DNA from: the human T2T-CHM13v2.0 reference genome, Homo sapiens
Length of the DNA stretch: 64,000 bases
NCBI RefSeq assembly: GCF_009914755.1
Contig: NC_060936.1
Direction: 5' to 3' (one strand)
Below the pieces are notes generated by a model that ran no database searches, was not told where the DNA came from, and was given only the letters and a program-made list of their open reading frames with translations. Positions 13,494 through 28,660 of this stretch are shown here, piece after piece (position 1 is the first letter of the stretch; every line of letters begins with the position of its first letter). Position numbers and translations under genes: made by a program.

Positions 13494-15210
13494 CTATCAG
13501 TCTAAGCACTGCTGCTGCCTGCCCTGGGATTTGGAGAGGTTCTGGCATTGCTCTGACCTGTAACTTTCTCACTTTTTTGTAACTCAAATAAACACTACAA
13601 CCACAACTGGCCCAGCCTAAATGTTGTGTGATATTCAAAGAAACATAGTCCAGCAAACAATGTTAGTAAAATGTCACCCAGATCTTTACTTTCAGCTCTT
13701 GAAAATCACAAAAGGAGATCCTGTTCAAAATTCACAGTACCACTTTTCTGTAATTTCTCTTCCTTTACCACTTTCTCCCACGCCTAGATGCTTTGAAACC
13801 CCTTTTTCTCTACCTCTAAACTTTCAGTTTTCTGATATAAATTGCCTTTAGGGGGGACTTTTTTCCTTTTCTAGCTTTCTCTTTCCTTTTAATTTGCTCT
13901 ATGTTCTCATTCCAGTAAACTTCTACCCTTTCTGATACAAGTCTCCCAATCTCTTAGCTGATTTTTCCCCAACCCCCAATACCCTAATATGTCTGATAAA
14001 GCTAATGGGGAGATTAGAATGTGGGGCGTGGAGTGGGGAGAAGTAAAAATGTCAGAATTTCCTAATAGGTAGGGAAATTTAAAGATGCTTGGAGGACTCA
14101 CACATTAATATTCTTTGCCCTTGTTAGAACATCTTCAATTACCTTTCTCCTTAGTTGTCTCCCTTTTAATTACAAATACATTCAAGTTCTCTTATCCCCT
14201 AAATAATCCCCACAAACTTGCTTAAAATTTAACCTTTCAACCTAATCCTCAGACAACCCATAAAAATAGCTTTCTTATGCTGCCTCTATTTTCTAATCTT
14301 CCTTTTTTAAAAACAAACAAATCCCACCGAGGCTGGCTTCCATGCTTGCTATAGGTTACCAGTTGTTAAATTTAATGGCTTCTTTTCAGGCCTACATCGT
14401 ATGGATTTCTCTGAAGTCTTAACATTCTTTCTTGAAATTTCTGTTTCTGTCTCAACAAATTATTTTGTATTTATTTTTCTTGTGACTTTTTCTTAGCCTG
14501 CTTCCTTTATATTCTCACTATGGACACATCCCAGAGGGCAATCTCAACTATTTTGTGGATAACTCTCACATCTAAAACTCCAGACTTTTTTCTGCAGAGT
14601 TACCACAGGTCCCTTTGAAAGTCTAATGAGAGGCAGCAATACTTTCCACAAGAATAAAAAAAATGCCTGTTCAATAAGCATATAAAGTTTTATATTCTGT
14701 GTCTCAAGCTATATGGACTCCTTGAGGTTCATCCATAGACAACCTGCTCCAGAGCTAGATAGCACTGCGATTAACATGTCTAGCTGAATATCCTTTAGGC
14801 TCCTTCAGCTTGTCAGGTTCTTAGCCCTCCCTGTAAGCTTCTCTTACTCCATCAAAACTTTATCAAGTTCCTCCTGATTTTACTTTCAACTATTGGCATC
14901 ACTGTCTAACAGATCATCCAAACTAAAAACCCCTACGTAATTCAGTGTCCTTCTTTCTTCCGAGATATACCAATACGGCACCAAGTTCCGGCAATTTCAT
15001 GGAATCATTTCCTAGTTATCTGCTTTACCTGCTGTTATATTAATTGGGCCCTCTTCACATGTTTTTTTATACTCCAACATTTTATTCTAGATTTCTCTCA
15101 CTGTAATTCATCCTCATACTGTCAACGACTCTGTGAAGCTATCTTTCTAAAGCACAGATCTAACCTAATTCCATGCCTAAATACATTTGTTGACACCTTA
15201 TTGCTTCAAG

Positions 15211-15977
15211 CAGGGTCACAAACTCAAATGCCCTTAGAAGGCAGACAACGAATATAAATCAGTGAAAAAATGACTGGGCAGGAAACAGCCCAGAGGTAGG
15301 GGATCCTAGAGGCAGCTCCCACTCAGTCCTTGTCATTTGTTGCCATATAAAAACACATGTCCAATGTTGCCAAATATTTTAGTTTTTCAAGAGAAGGTAA
15401 CATTTAAATTTTTTAAGTAAAATCTCTTAATTTTAAATGATTAGCTCCAATTATTTAAAGTATGATGTAAGATAAAACTGTCAAGAACGCTAAAGTATCT
15501 GACATTTTATGCTAATTGCAAGCTAACAATTTAGCCTGTTATAGTTTCATGGGTGTTGGCAGAAGATATGAAAGATAAAGAACTTTATTACTCATGGTAA
15601 TAACAATAGCCACTGTCAACATGCGCCCTCATTCCCTGAACCCGATTCCAACAGTGACATGAAGGGGATCAGGAGAGAGCAACACACACAGTGGTTTGTA
15701 GTACAGGAGAATTACCCTGAGTTTTGGGACCTGAATATTTTATAATGGGCAGTAAGTTTGCCTGCCATCTACTCTGGAAGGAGGCACTATTTTCCAGGTC
15801 TGTTTGCTACACAAACATCTCTGTGAAGATGGTATGGAAAAACAAAGGCAGTGAGTACTTCTGCTTGTAAGATATGCAGAAACCTGAGAGACATATAGAG
15901 AATTGTCTCTCTACAACCAAAATTAAAACAGATTCAGAGAGCAGCTCTAACCTGTGGGATGTGAGATTGTGACCTAT
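15211..15977 (+). mobile_element. hAT-Charlie element (MER102-like) split by the LTR40-like insertion
   Basis: CAGGGTCACAAACTCAAATGCC start and complementary ...ATTGTGACCT end near 15975. Confidence 0.55.
15479..15915 (-). mobile_element. ERVL solo LTR (LTR40-like)
   Basis: Reverse complement begins TGTAGAGAGACAATTCTCTATATGTCTCTCAGGTTTCTGC, as I recall the LTR40 consensus. TG...CA ends. Confidence 0.65.
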
Positions 15978-15986
15978 GGTATAGAG

Positions 15987-16165
15987 CCGAGGTCATCATA
16001 CTACAGCCTGCATACTGGCCATCTGTTTTTGTAAATACAATTTTCTTGGCCCTGTGCCATGCCAATTCATCTGCATATACCTATGTGCTTTTGTGTACCA
16101 TGGCAAAGTTGAATAGTTGTAACAGAGAGCAAGCTTAAAATATTTGCTATTTGATTTTTTAAGGA
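15987..16165 (+). mobile_element. MER58A-like hAT MITE
   Basis: CTGTTTTTGTAAATA...GCAAAGTTGAATAGTTGTAACAGAG...AAAATATTTGCTAT pattern. Confidence 0.65.
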
Positions 16166-16254
16166 AAAAAGACTACTTTTTCTTGACTGAACACTGGTAT
16201 AGAGAACACAATTTCAGCATGTTATCTAGAATACTTTAAACATTAGGATCAACA

Positions 16255-16900
16255 ATTAACGAATGAATTAAACAAATATGTTTTGAACAGTTACTGTTTG
16301 TCGGACAGGGTACAAACAAGATAGTGATGCTGCTGAAACAATAAGAACAAAAAATCATTCCTTATTTTCTAGGGGCTCCAGGCCCAATAAAGGACACAGA
16401 CAATAGAACAGTGAAAATAATATAGCATAAACTTTCCTATACTTGCTGTAACCACATGGATTTGTGGAAGTACATAGGAGGGAGAGTCTACACAGCCTGG
16501 GAGAGTAGGGAGGCTTCCTAAAAGAGAGTCTTCAAAGATGAAGATGTATTCCCTAGATAGAGAAAGAGGTAAGGACATTCTACATACAGAAAGCAGAGGG
16601 TTCAAAACTTGGAGGTTGGAGAAAGAAGACAACATTGGGCCAATGTGTTTGGTAGAGAGAAAATATTAGGTACAAGAAAGGGCAGTGTGTATGTGGTGGG
16701 GTGGAGAAATGGGTGACATGAGTAGGGGCAAGTTCATCAGAGGCTTTGACTGTCTTGCTGAGGAGTTTATTCTAAAATAATGAGAGCTTTAAGGTAAGAA
16801 TTATATGGCATTTTTGGAAGTTAGTGAGACTGAAGAGGAAAAAAATGCCAGTTTGGATGTGGTTGCACTGACTCAGATATAAAATAATTAACACCAGAAG
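16255..16900 (-). mobile_element. L2 fragment
   Basis: AACAAATATGTTTTGAAC start followed by a purine-rich antisense L2 body. Confidence 0.55.
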
Positions 16901-16927
16901 GAAGCAGTAGGGAATGAAGAGGAGGAA

Positions 16928-17302
16928 TGGATTAGTTCTCACACTGCTATAAAGAACTACCTGAGACTGGGTAATTTATGAAGAAAAGAGGTTTAATTGA
17001 TTCACAGTTCTGCAAGCTGTTCAGGAAACATAGCTGGGAGGCCTCAGGAATCTTACAATCATGGCAGAAGGTGAAGGGAGGGCAAGCACATCTTTACATG
17101 GGAGCAGGAGACAGAGAGAGAAGGGGGAAGTGCTACACTTTCAAACAACCAGATCTCGTGAGAACTCACTCAATATCATGAGAACAACAGGGAGGAAATC
17201 TGCCCCCATGATTCAATCACCTCCCATTAGCCCCCTCCCCCAACATTAGGGATTCCAATTCAACACGAGATTTGGGTGGGGACACAGAGCCAAACCATAT
17301 CA
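16928..17302 (-). mobile_element. MaLR solo LTR (THE1D/MSTA-like)
   Basis: GAGACTGGGTAATTTATGAAGAAAAGAGG...CCAAACCATATCA. Perfect TSD AGGAA at 16923-16927 and 17303-17307. Confidence 0.92.
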
Positions 17303-19249
17303 AGGAATGAGCAATAGGAAGGAAGAGGAGATGGGATTAGATATTCACATTCTTTCATGTGCCCTCTGCTCCAGCCACATCAAATTATGTACCTTTCCTT
17401 GAGTTCAGCATGCTTTTTTCATATGTGTGTGTATGCACATGTGTGTATTCTTTTCTGAGGTGAGGAAGAAGGGATCTCTTTATGTACTTAGGGTCTCAGT
17501 GCCCACCAGATTATAAGCAACCTGATGGCAGGAACCATGCCTTGATTATCATTATACTCCTAAAACCCTATGAAGAGCTTCGTACTAAATAGAGACTTAG
17601 TACATTGCTGGTAAATGAATGAATGGATGAATGAATCAATGAATACATAGGTGTAACTTCACCTTCTTTCCCACTCATTCATTAGAACTCAGCTCAAAAA
17701 GAACTCCTCTTTATAAAGCTGAATTCCTTTCTTTACTCTTGTTACTTCCCTCAGAGTACTGTGTTCCTAGAGAATCTTGCATTATTACATGAAATCAAAC
17801 TGAATAGCGATGGTCTCTGTCAGCCCCAGGAGAATTTTAGAACTCACGGGGGAAGTCTTATTTTTTATCCTATCTGTAGTGCCTGGTGCAGTACAGACAG
17901 TTTATAGTTGTTGCCTAATAAATGTTAGTAAGATGAACATGTACTTACACTTTACCAGGTTTATCTCTGATGAATCAATCATCTTTCTAAACAATTCAGA
18001 CTGACTATTCATCATTTCATTTGGTAATCCAGTCCATGATCTGATCTTCAACTTTGATATATCTTTAGCCTGACAACAGTTTAATTGCTGGACTGCGCAA
18101 AGATGGACACAGTCTCACTCTTTTTGTGCCTGATCAAATGAATGTATGCTTAATGTAGTGAAAACTTCAGACAACTTGGCATCATAATGGCTAAGAACCA
18201 TAAAAATGAAGAAGAGTATAAGCAGTTGCTTGCCTGTGTTCTAATTGTATAGGCACTGTTTTAGCTTACCATCTGCAAAATTAGAATGATATTAAGTTTA
18301 TCCCGAGTGTAAAGTATGAATAGTAGGTGGTTAGGGGGTATTTTGGACTTACAGTACCCTTTGCCAGCAGTGGTTTGAAGATTCTTGATGCTGCTGCTAT
18401 GTGCTTTTATCCCCTCTGAGAGCACTCCATTTGCCTCATTAACCATAGGACTTGAATTAATATGAATTATTAAAGCAATTTCTTGTTGTCTGCTTTTTAA
18501 AAAGCATTTGGCTAAACATCATTGTTCTTTTCACAGGAAATGTTGATTAACCCTTTAGCATAATTGTTTAAAGAAAACATAATATTGCCAGTTTTTTTAA
18601 TGCCTTAAGACAGTGTTAATAATGAAATATAACATAGTTAATTATTATGACCCTGCCTCCCCCTTCCATGGGGAGAAAAGAAGTGCTATGAATATACAAA
18701 CAATAGATTTTCAATGGATTACCATATTTCTTCTTCCTTTTCATCTAGTTTTTGCACATCTCTTCTACTATTATCACACTTACAATGTCACCATCAATCT
18801 TGGATTTTCATAGTGTTTAGCATTAAAAAGAAACCACTGCATAGTCTTAGACATTCAGCTACAAGAAGAGTTTAGTAAACACTATAGCTTTAGTCATGCA
18901 CAACTAGGGAACTAGAAGACTAAAGAGCTCCTTTAGGTATTGTTTGAGATAGATATGTAAACTGGGTGGACGCCAATTGACAACTGTAATCAAGATTCAT
19001 AAGTTCAGAGTGGACAAACCAGATAGATGGTGGACCTTACATACCAATTTTGAAGTGTATTTATCCATGCCTGAGTGTGCTGTCATTACACATCTGTTTA
19101 TAGGAGCATGTAGTCTTCCGGAGTCAGTTTTGTCAACTATGTTGGTCTCTTGTGCCTGAAACAATCTTTAGGGGAACAAGGATGAAAGTCACTTCTCTAG
19201 GGTATATAGCCTTTCTCTAGATTTCTCAATTTGGATACGTTTAGGTAGG

Positions 19250-19485
19250 AGTGATTCAGAGCTTTGTGCCCAAACCTGGTCGCAAGGAGACAGTATAATG
19301 AAATCAATCCTGACTCTAATTATTATCCGCCTAGACTTCAGACAAGCTAATATAGCTCTCTTGATCCTTGATTTCCTCAACTATACCAGATGAAATTTTA
19401 TAAGAATTAAATAGAGTATTCTATGTAAAAGAGTTAAAACAGCGCTGGCATAGAGTAAGTCCTTAGTAAATTTTAGTTGTTATTT
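19250..19485 (+). mobile_element. MIR
   Basis: TTTCCTCAACTATA...CTGGCATAGAGTAAG...AAATTTTAGTTGTTATT. Confidence 0.55.
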
Positions 19486-19654
19486 TCTCACACAAACCTT
19501 AAAAGGAAGCTCAGATAATCCTGGCTTCTTCTTGCTGACTTCTACGTCGTGCAGTTTGGAAGGCTCTGTCAGATGGCAGTGGCTCCCTTGGTCTTCCAGA
19601 ATTTCCTGCTTTAGTCTGCAGGCATAACAGGAGATATGACCTTATTTAGACATT

Positions 19655-19765
19655 AAAGGGAGGAGGTGGGGAAGAAGGGAAAGGAAGAAGGGAAAGAGAG
19701 AGAACCGAAGAAGGGAAGGGAAGAAAGAAGAGATGAAAGGAGAGAAAAAGAAAGGAGGAAAGAAA
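19655..19765. repeat. GA-rich low-complexity tract
   Basis: Almost pure purine run. Confidence 0.85.
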
Positions 19766-22745
19766 TACCTTTTCCTCACAAACTTTGCCAGTCTATTATG
19801 AGGACAGCATTTGCTAATTAGCAAACTGTTTTAAAATTTGTACAAAAATAATTATGGATGAAACAGAAAGCTATGCCTTAACACATTGTAATATTGAGTT
19901 ATATTTGTCTTTATTTCAGTTGATTCAACAGTTGGCATTGCCACCCATTACCTATCAGTATGCAAACCTTGGTTTTCCATTTTGAATTTGTATTTTTAAA
20001 ACTTACATTAAACATTTCCCTGTGAATAGTATAAGTTTCTCATATGATGGTTAATGATAACTTTGCTTAATCCAGAAACCGTAGTTTTTCTCTAACACTG
20101 TAAAATCATTTTAGGTCTTACTACAGGCAAACAATGACATTTATACTAGAGCTGAAGATAAAGTAAGTGTTGGGTGCTTCTTCCTGGTTCGAAGGATGAC
20201 TTAGTCAGGAAAGTTAATGACTGATATTTGGCTATAGAATAATTTAGAAGGGAAAGGCAAAATCAATTTTTATGAATTAAAAAACTCTCATGATTATTTA
20301 ACATGCTATTTATAAGCTCTTTTGTAATGGAGAATGCTGACATAAGAAAAACTAGTGTAAACTATGAGGCAAAAATTACACTATTTTGTCTTAGCTTTGA
20401 ATAAATAAATACTAAAATTTGTTCTACAAAAGATAGGCCTAGTTGTATTTTACAAAGGCTATGTTTGTATAGCATCTCATGGATATAAGTTTATATTCAA
20501 AGTTAATATAATTTTTAAATTGTTTGCATTTTTAAAATTTTTTTGACAATTATCACAGCCGAGCTGAAAGTGTTAGGCAAGTTAAAGTAGGCACTGAGAA
20601 GACACTTTTTTATTCCTCCTGATAGTCATTGATATAATTAACTGCCAGCAGCAAAGTTATATATATATTCCATGGCCTTGAATTTGAGTCTAGCTAACTG
20701 GCCCCTGTGGGGCTAATGCCCATGACTTTGGCCTTTTTTACTATACTTAATAGTACAGAAATACAGATTCATTCGGCTCCTGAAGGATTAGAGCTTTCTC
20801 CATCTAGCCTCCTCTTCAATACCTATGCTGAATTTTTTCTTTTTTTGCTTTCAAGGATCTAAATTTGGCAATAATTGGTGAGTGCTGATTCTTAAACTTA
20901 AAAAAAGTCATATTGGCAATCTTTTTTTCTCTCTAGTCACAAAGTGTTAAAAACACCAAAGAGAAAAATGGAAATGTCCTAGCATTCCTAGAAGGCATTG
21001 TTCTTTATGCTCCCTTTAGGCTAAGAAAGGGAATGCTATTTCTTCTTCCTTGTTCTTAAAGAAGGGAGAGAATGCAAAGAATATTAGATCAGGAAAATGT
21101 TCTACTTTTTCAGTCTTATTAATATGCCCTTCCCACCAGTACCAGCCCCTCTCTTCTTTTCTTTTTCACCCCTTCTCTCACTAGCAACAATTTCCTGAGG
21201 ACACAGAGTCTGATAGTGCAAATAGGGTCACATTTGGAGACAGTTCGGTGATATATGCTAATATCCACTCTGGACTAGCTGAGATCACCAATTTCATTTC
21301 TCTTGTTATCTATACCCTATGAACTGCAGCCTTCAGGGCAAAAGGTATTTAACCTGCAATAATACATTGCCTGGGAGCCATTCAGTGTTTATGTCAGTCT
21401 ATATTTTTATTTAGAAACAATTAGAGCTAGTTGGATTTCAAGAATTTTCTTGAGTTTCAGGTCAAAGTTTATTTTTTAAAAAAGAGAATAATCTACAACT
21501 TTGTCAGCATGCAGCTAAAATAACAACTATATTTTTAGATTGCTAGTTCTTTTTTCCTTTGGCTGCATTTATCCCCTGCTGCCATAAGGTATGCACGGAC
21601 ATATACACTGAGAGCACACAGGGTGAAGGATGTGGGTATGGATGGTGGGGAAGATTTGTAAGAGATTTGTACTTGGTAGCAGTAAAAAAAATTCCAATAA
21701 ACATTGTTTTCATAGGACAATCTCATCTCTGGAGAATAACAGGCATTTAATTAAAATAAAAACACCCATTGATTGAATTACAAAATTTTTAGATAATCAC
21801 AATTCTGACCTGTTGCCAAGTTAGAAAATATAGTAATGTTCTCATTTGGTACTAATGGTATTGGCTACCACTGAAGTTTTTACTCACTGTGATACCTATT
21901 ACCAATAAAACAATGTAAAAACAACTTCAAATATAATTTTAAATGATTACAAATGTTGATCATGTTACATTATTTTTCACTTTACAATTATTTCTTTTCA
22001 TCCCTAAAAATAAATACCTGAAAATATGAAATCTTTATATAGACATCGCAGACAAAACATAAAATCTGTTCAAGTCAGGTCCCCTAATATGGACTGGGAT
22101 AAACAGAAGCCGTGCCCATCATCAGTGCGCTTTTTCAAAATGCTTGTCTATTACATAAATAAAATAATTTCTTGCCAATGAGGGCAATTTGCATATAGCA
22201 CTGAGATACAGTATCTCTATTTTTTCATTAGGCTGTTTTCAAAGAAGTGAGTAGAAATTCATCTGAGTTATGTATATAATGACACGTTAAAATAATATGC
22301 TTGTGATAATCTCATGAGAATCAAGGGCCATGTGACCTGACAGCCAGGACTCAGAGGGGAATGGAGTTTAGTAACTAGATATATCCCCAACCGTCTCTAG
22401 GGACCTCAGAGTAAGTGTTTGTAACTAATCTACTTTTCCTCCCAGTGTACAAATAAAGATTAAAATTCTGCATATCTGCTTCTCTAGTTATCATTATCAA
22501 ACAAATCATTCTTTCATGTGTATATATACAGATACACATATACATAAACATACATATAACTTAATCCACTGCCTACTATTAGCTTCGATTTCTTCATCTG
22601 ACTCAGTTTCTGCTTCTTCATGACTTCAGCTTTTCATGAACTCTACGGAATTCTCCCATAACTTATTTCCTGTTTTAGCTCTCCCTGCTTACTCTGATTC
22701 TCTCCACATTTCCCATTGAAAATTCCTTAAAAAGGAGAATTTTAT

Positions 22746-25451
<2,706 letters not shown>

Positions 25452-26625
25452 AAAAAAGAGAATTTTATTTACTCATTTTTTTAATGTCAGGCCTTAGCAT
25501 TAGTTCCTAACCAGACTTGGGTTGTATGCCCATGCTGACTCAATCAGTTCTGGCTTACGAGGTCTGTATTGTGCCACCTCTTTAGCATGAGCTGTAGGTA
25601 AGGGCGCTTCACACAAAAGAGTCTGACACATCTTTTACATCCTAGCTCAAGCTATTGTTACTTTAACCCACTATATTTTCTGAATTAGTCTTTCCAGTAG
25701 GTTATCTAAGGAAAGTAATATGGAGTCATTATTAGCCATACAGCCCCAACTCAAATACATTGATTTTGTCAAATATGTTGATTATGCAGTCACCTGGCAG
25801 GGACCTGAGAGAATAGGTAATGTTGGCAAGATTTTATGGAATGGAAATTCAATTGGGCATCAGAAGACCTGGATATTAGCTCTCTGTGGCCATGAATTAG
25901 GTCTCAAAATTGGGCAAGTTTCTTAGTCTTTCAGACTTTCCATTCTACATCTGAAAGTTGGGGAGATAAGCTGTACAACTTATAAGGTGGCTCCCAGTCT
26001 GAAATTCTGTGGGCCCACATCACGAATCTTGAGGTCAGAATATATCTAGAATATGAAGAAGGCAATGAGCCTCTCAGAAGCTTCTAGGTGATAAAAGATC
26101 AGAATGAGGGCATTGCTTTTTTTAAAGGAAGACTATCTATCAGAAATGACCTCCCTGAGCTAATATGTACTTGCAGGTCTAGGATGGGTTATGGCAAACC
26201 CACTGACTATAGTCCACATACAAAATAGTTGGGACAGGACTGAGACACTCAAAGTCTGAGAGAAATAGATTCTAGAGGAAGGAAGGAAGTCAATCTATCA
26301 AATACTTTCAGAGATGACTTAACTTACAATTAGCGAGTGTGCCTATTCTCTGATAGTCAGGAATGTCAACACTCAGTACATTATTTGATTTAGCTCTACA
26401 TTTTTCTTATCCCAGAGGCTGACAGTTTTCAGTGGCTACAGTGAGCTGAACCCCCAAGAATATAGACATGAATGAAATTGGAGTTACATTAAAAAAAATC
26501 AATATGTAACCTGAGAAGCGATATGCAAAGTCATTGGAAGGAAGCTGAATGGCTCCTAGGCCAGCAAACTTCACAATCATCTGATCGAATATATGAGATC
26601 TAATGAAAGACTCTTAGAAGGCAGG

Positions 26626-26984
26626 TGCTATGATTTGAATGTGTCCCTCCAAGTTCATGTGTTGAAAATTTAACTCCCAATGCAATAGTGTCAAGAGGTG
26701 GAAGCTTTAAAAGGTGATTAAGTCATAAGTTCTCTCCCCTTATGAATAGAATAATGTTGTTATCACAGGAGTGAATTTGTTATAAAAGTAAGTTTGGCTT
26801 CCTCTTGTTCTTTCTTTTGCCTTGTGATGCCTCCTGCCTTCTGACACAGCAAGAAGGCCTGTACTAGATGAGGATCCTTGATCTTGGACTTGCCAGCCTC
26901 CAAAATCATGAGCCAAATAAAATATTATTGTTTGTAAATTACCCAGTCAGTGCTATTTTACTACAGCAGCACAAAACAGAGACA
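26626..26984 (+). mobile_element. MaLR solo LTR (MSTD-like)
   Basis: TGCTATGATTTGAATGTGTCCCTCC start; ...TAAATTACCCAGTC...AGACA end. TSD GCAGG at 26621-26625 and 26985-26989. Confidence 0.85.
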
Positions 26985-27544
26985 GCAGGTATCAGTAATA
27001 TTTTGTTATAGTAGCACAAAATGAACCAAGACAGCAGGTAAGCAAATCATGGAACAATGGCCATGACAGAGTGTTGCAAGCCAACTTGGCTTGTGCTCAT
27101 CTAAGCACTGTCCACAGAGAAGAGAGTTTTAGCCAATGGTCTTCTGCTATTCCAGATTCATTAACAAAGTAGCAATAAATGCCAGTGGTGGACTTTGAGG
27201 TTTTTGGATTCTCATAATTTCTTATTGGAGATTAGTATATGGACATTCTAGTTATGTTAATACATAGGTCCCTAAGTTCTTGATTAATGTACATTTAGCC
27301 TTAAAGAGATGCATTTTCATTTGATGTGATAAAACAATCAAATGTTGTTCTTCACACCCAAGGACCAGACACTAGGCAGTGATACATTCACCAAAGTGAT
27401 GGTGGTCACACTGAGGTCTTCAACATGGAAGAATGTCAGTAAATACAGACAGTCTTCCCATGGTGACCACAACGCATCCATGTGCCTTCAGGTCATTCTT
27501 ATGCTTAATTTTTAAAAAATATTTACACATTTGCCCTCAGAGTA

Positions 27545-28055
27545 AAATCCCAACTTCTGACATGGCCTTATCCACTGCTACCTCATCTTCTCCAACTCTG
27601 CTATTCAGTGACATCACTCAAACCACACTTCCTCTCTTCCTGTGCTGCTAACTTATCAAGGTTGTCTCTGCCTTGGAGCCTCTCCACTCATTCTTCTCTT
27701 CGCCTGGAAATTTCTTTTCCTGATATGTATGTGGCTTATTCCTGTTCAGCATTCAGGCCTTAATTAAAAATAATGACAGAAGGCTTCTGTGACAATCCTA
27801 TCTAATATAGTTCTCCTATCTCTACTTCATTCTATTTCATTTAGTTTTGAAAAGTTTTATTTATTATAGCTAACACTAGTCAAAATGATTGCACTTATTT
27901 GTTCCCTCTTTTTTAAAAAAAATGTTTTCCTCACTAAAAATATTTATTCTGTGACAGCAGGACCTTGCCTGTTATGCCCATTGCTATATTCTTAGCAACA
28001 AGGAGACTATCTGAAACATATAGAAAACTCAATCAGTGTCCTTTAAATGAATATA
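27545..28055 (+). mobile_element. L2 3' fragment
   Basis: GCCTGGAAA...GACAGCAGGACCTTGCCTG...CTCAATCAGTG...AATGAAT 3' end. Confidence 0.6.
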
Positions 28056-28444
28056 ACAGATTTTTACTCTGGCCGTTATCTGATCAGCTTAAGCTTCCCA
28101 TACTAGAGAACAATTATCGGTTTTGTTTTGGTCAGGTGGTGGCATTCCCATGGGGCTCACAAAAAGACCCTGATTTTTAGAAGAAAACTACGTGGTTTAG
28201 GTTGTGCTTCTCTCCAGAGCCTTAGTCCAAAGCAAATAGACATTTAGCATTAAAGAAGATGTATTTCCTACTTGGAGGCCTGAGGACATTATCAGCTACA
28301 CTGATAATCTCAGAACCAGAACTAAATAGGGAATTCTTTCATATGCTTCTAATCGGGTAGATAAGTTGTGTATGATTTATACAATGTAATTCAAAGTAAA
28401 CTTTTCTAATTATAATGTCACTCCGTGTTTCAGGAATTGAGAAG

Positions 28445-28660
28445 ACAGTGTGCCATAGTGGAAAGAGCTCAGGCTCTGGAACCAATAGAGCTGGGTTTGC
28501 ATTCCGCTTTATTGCTTACTAGACTTTTGCCCATGGACGAGCCCTTCCAACATTTGAGTCCCAGTTTTCTCATCTGTAAAGCAGAACTGGTAATATTTTC
28601 CAGAGCTGCCGTGAAGCATGTAAATATTATGCATAAAATACCTGGCATATCGTAGACAGT
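28445..28660 (+). mobile_element. MIR
   Basis: AGTGGAAAGAGC...CAGTTTTCTCATCTGTAAA core. Confidence 0.75.

Noticed and set aside
20183-20210. CTGGTTCGAAGG resembling the Y RNA 5' end or a tRNA T-loop
   Set aside because: Similarity is only ~12 nt, with no remaining body, stem or tail.
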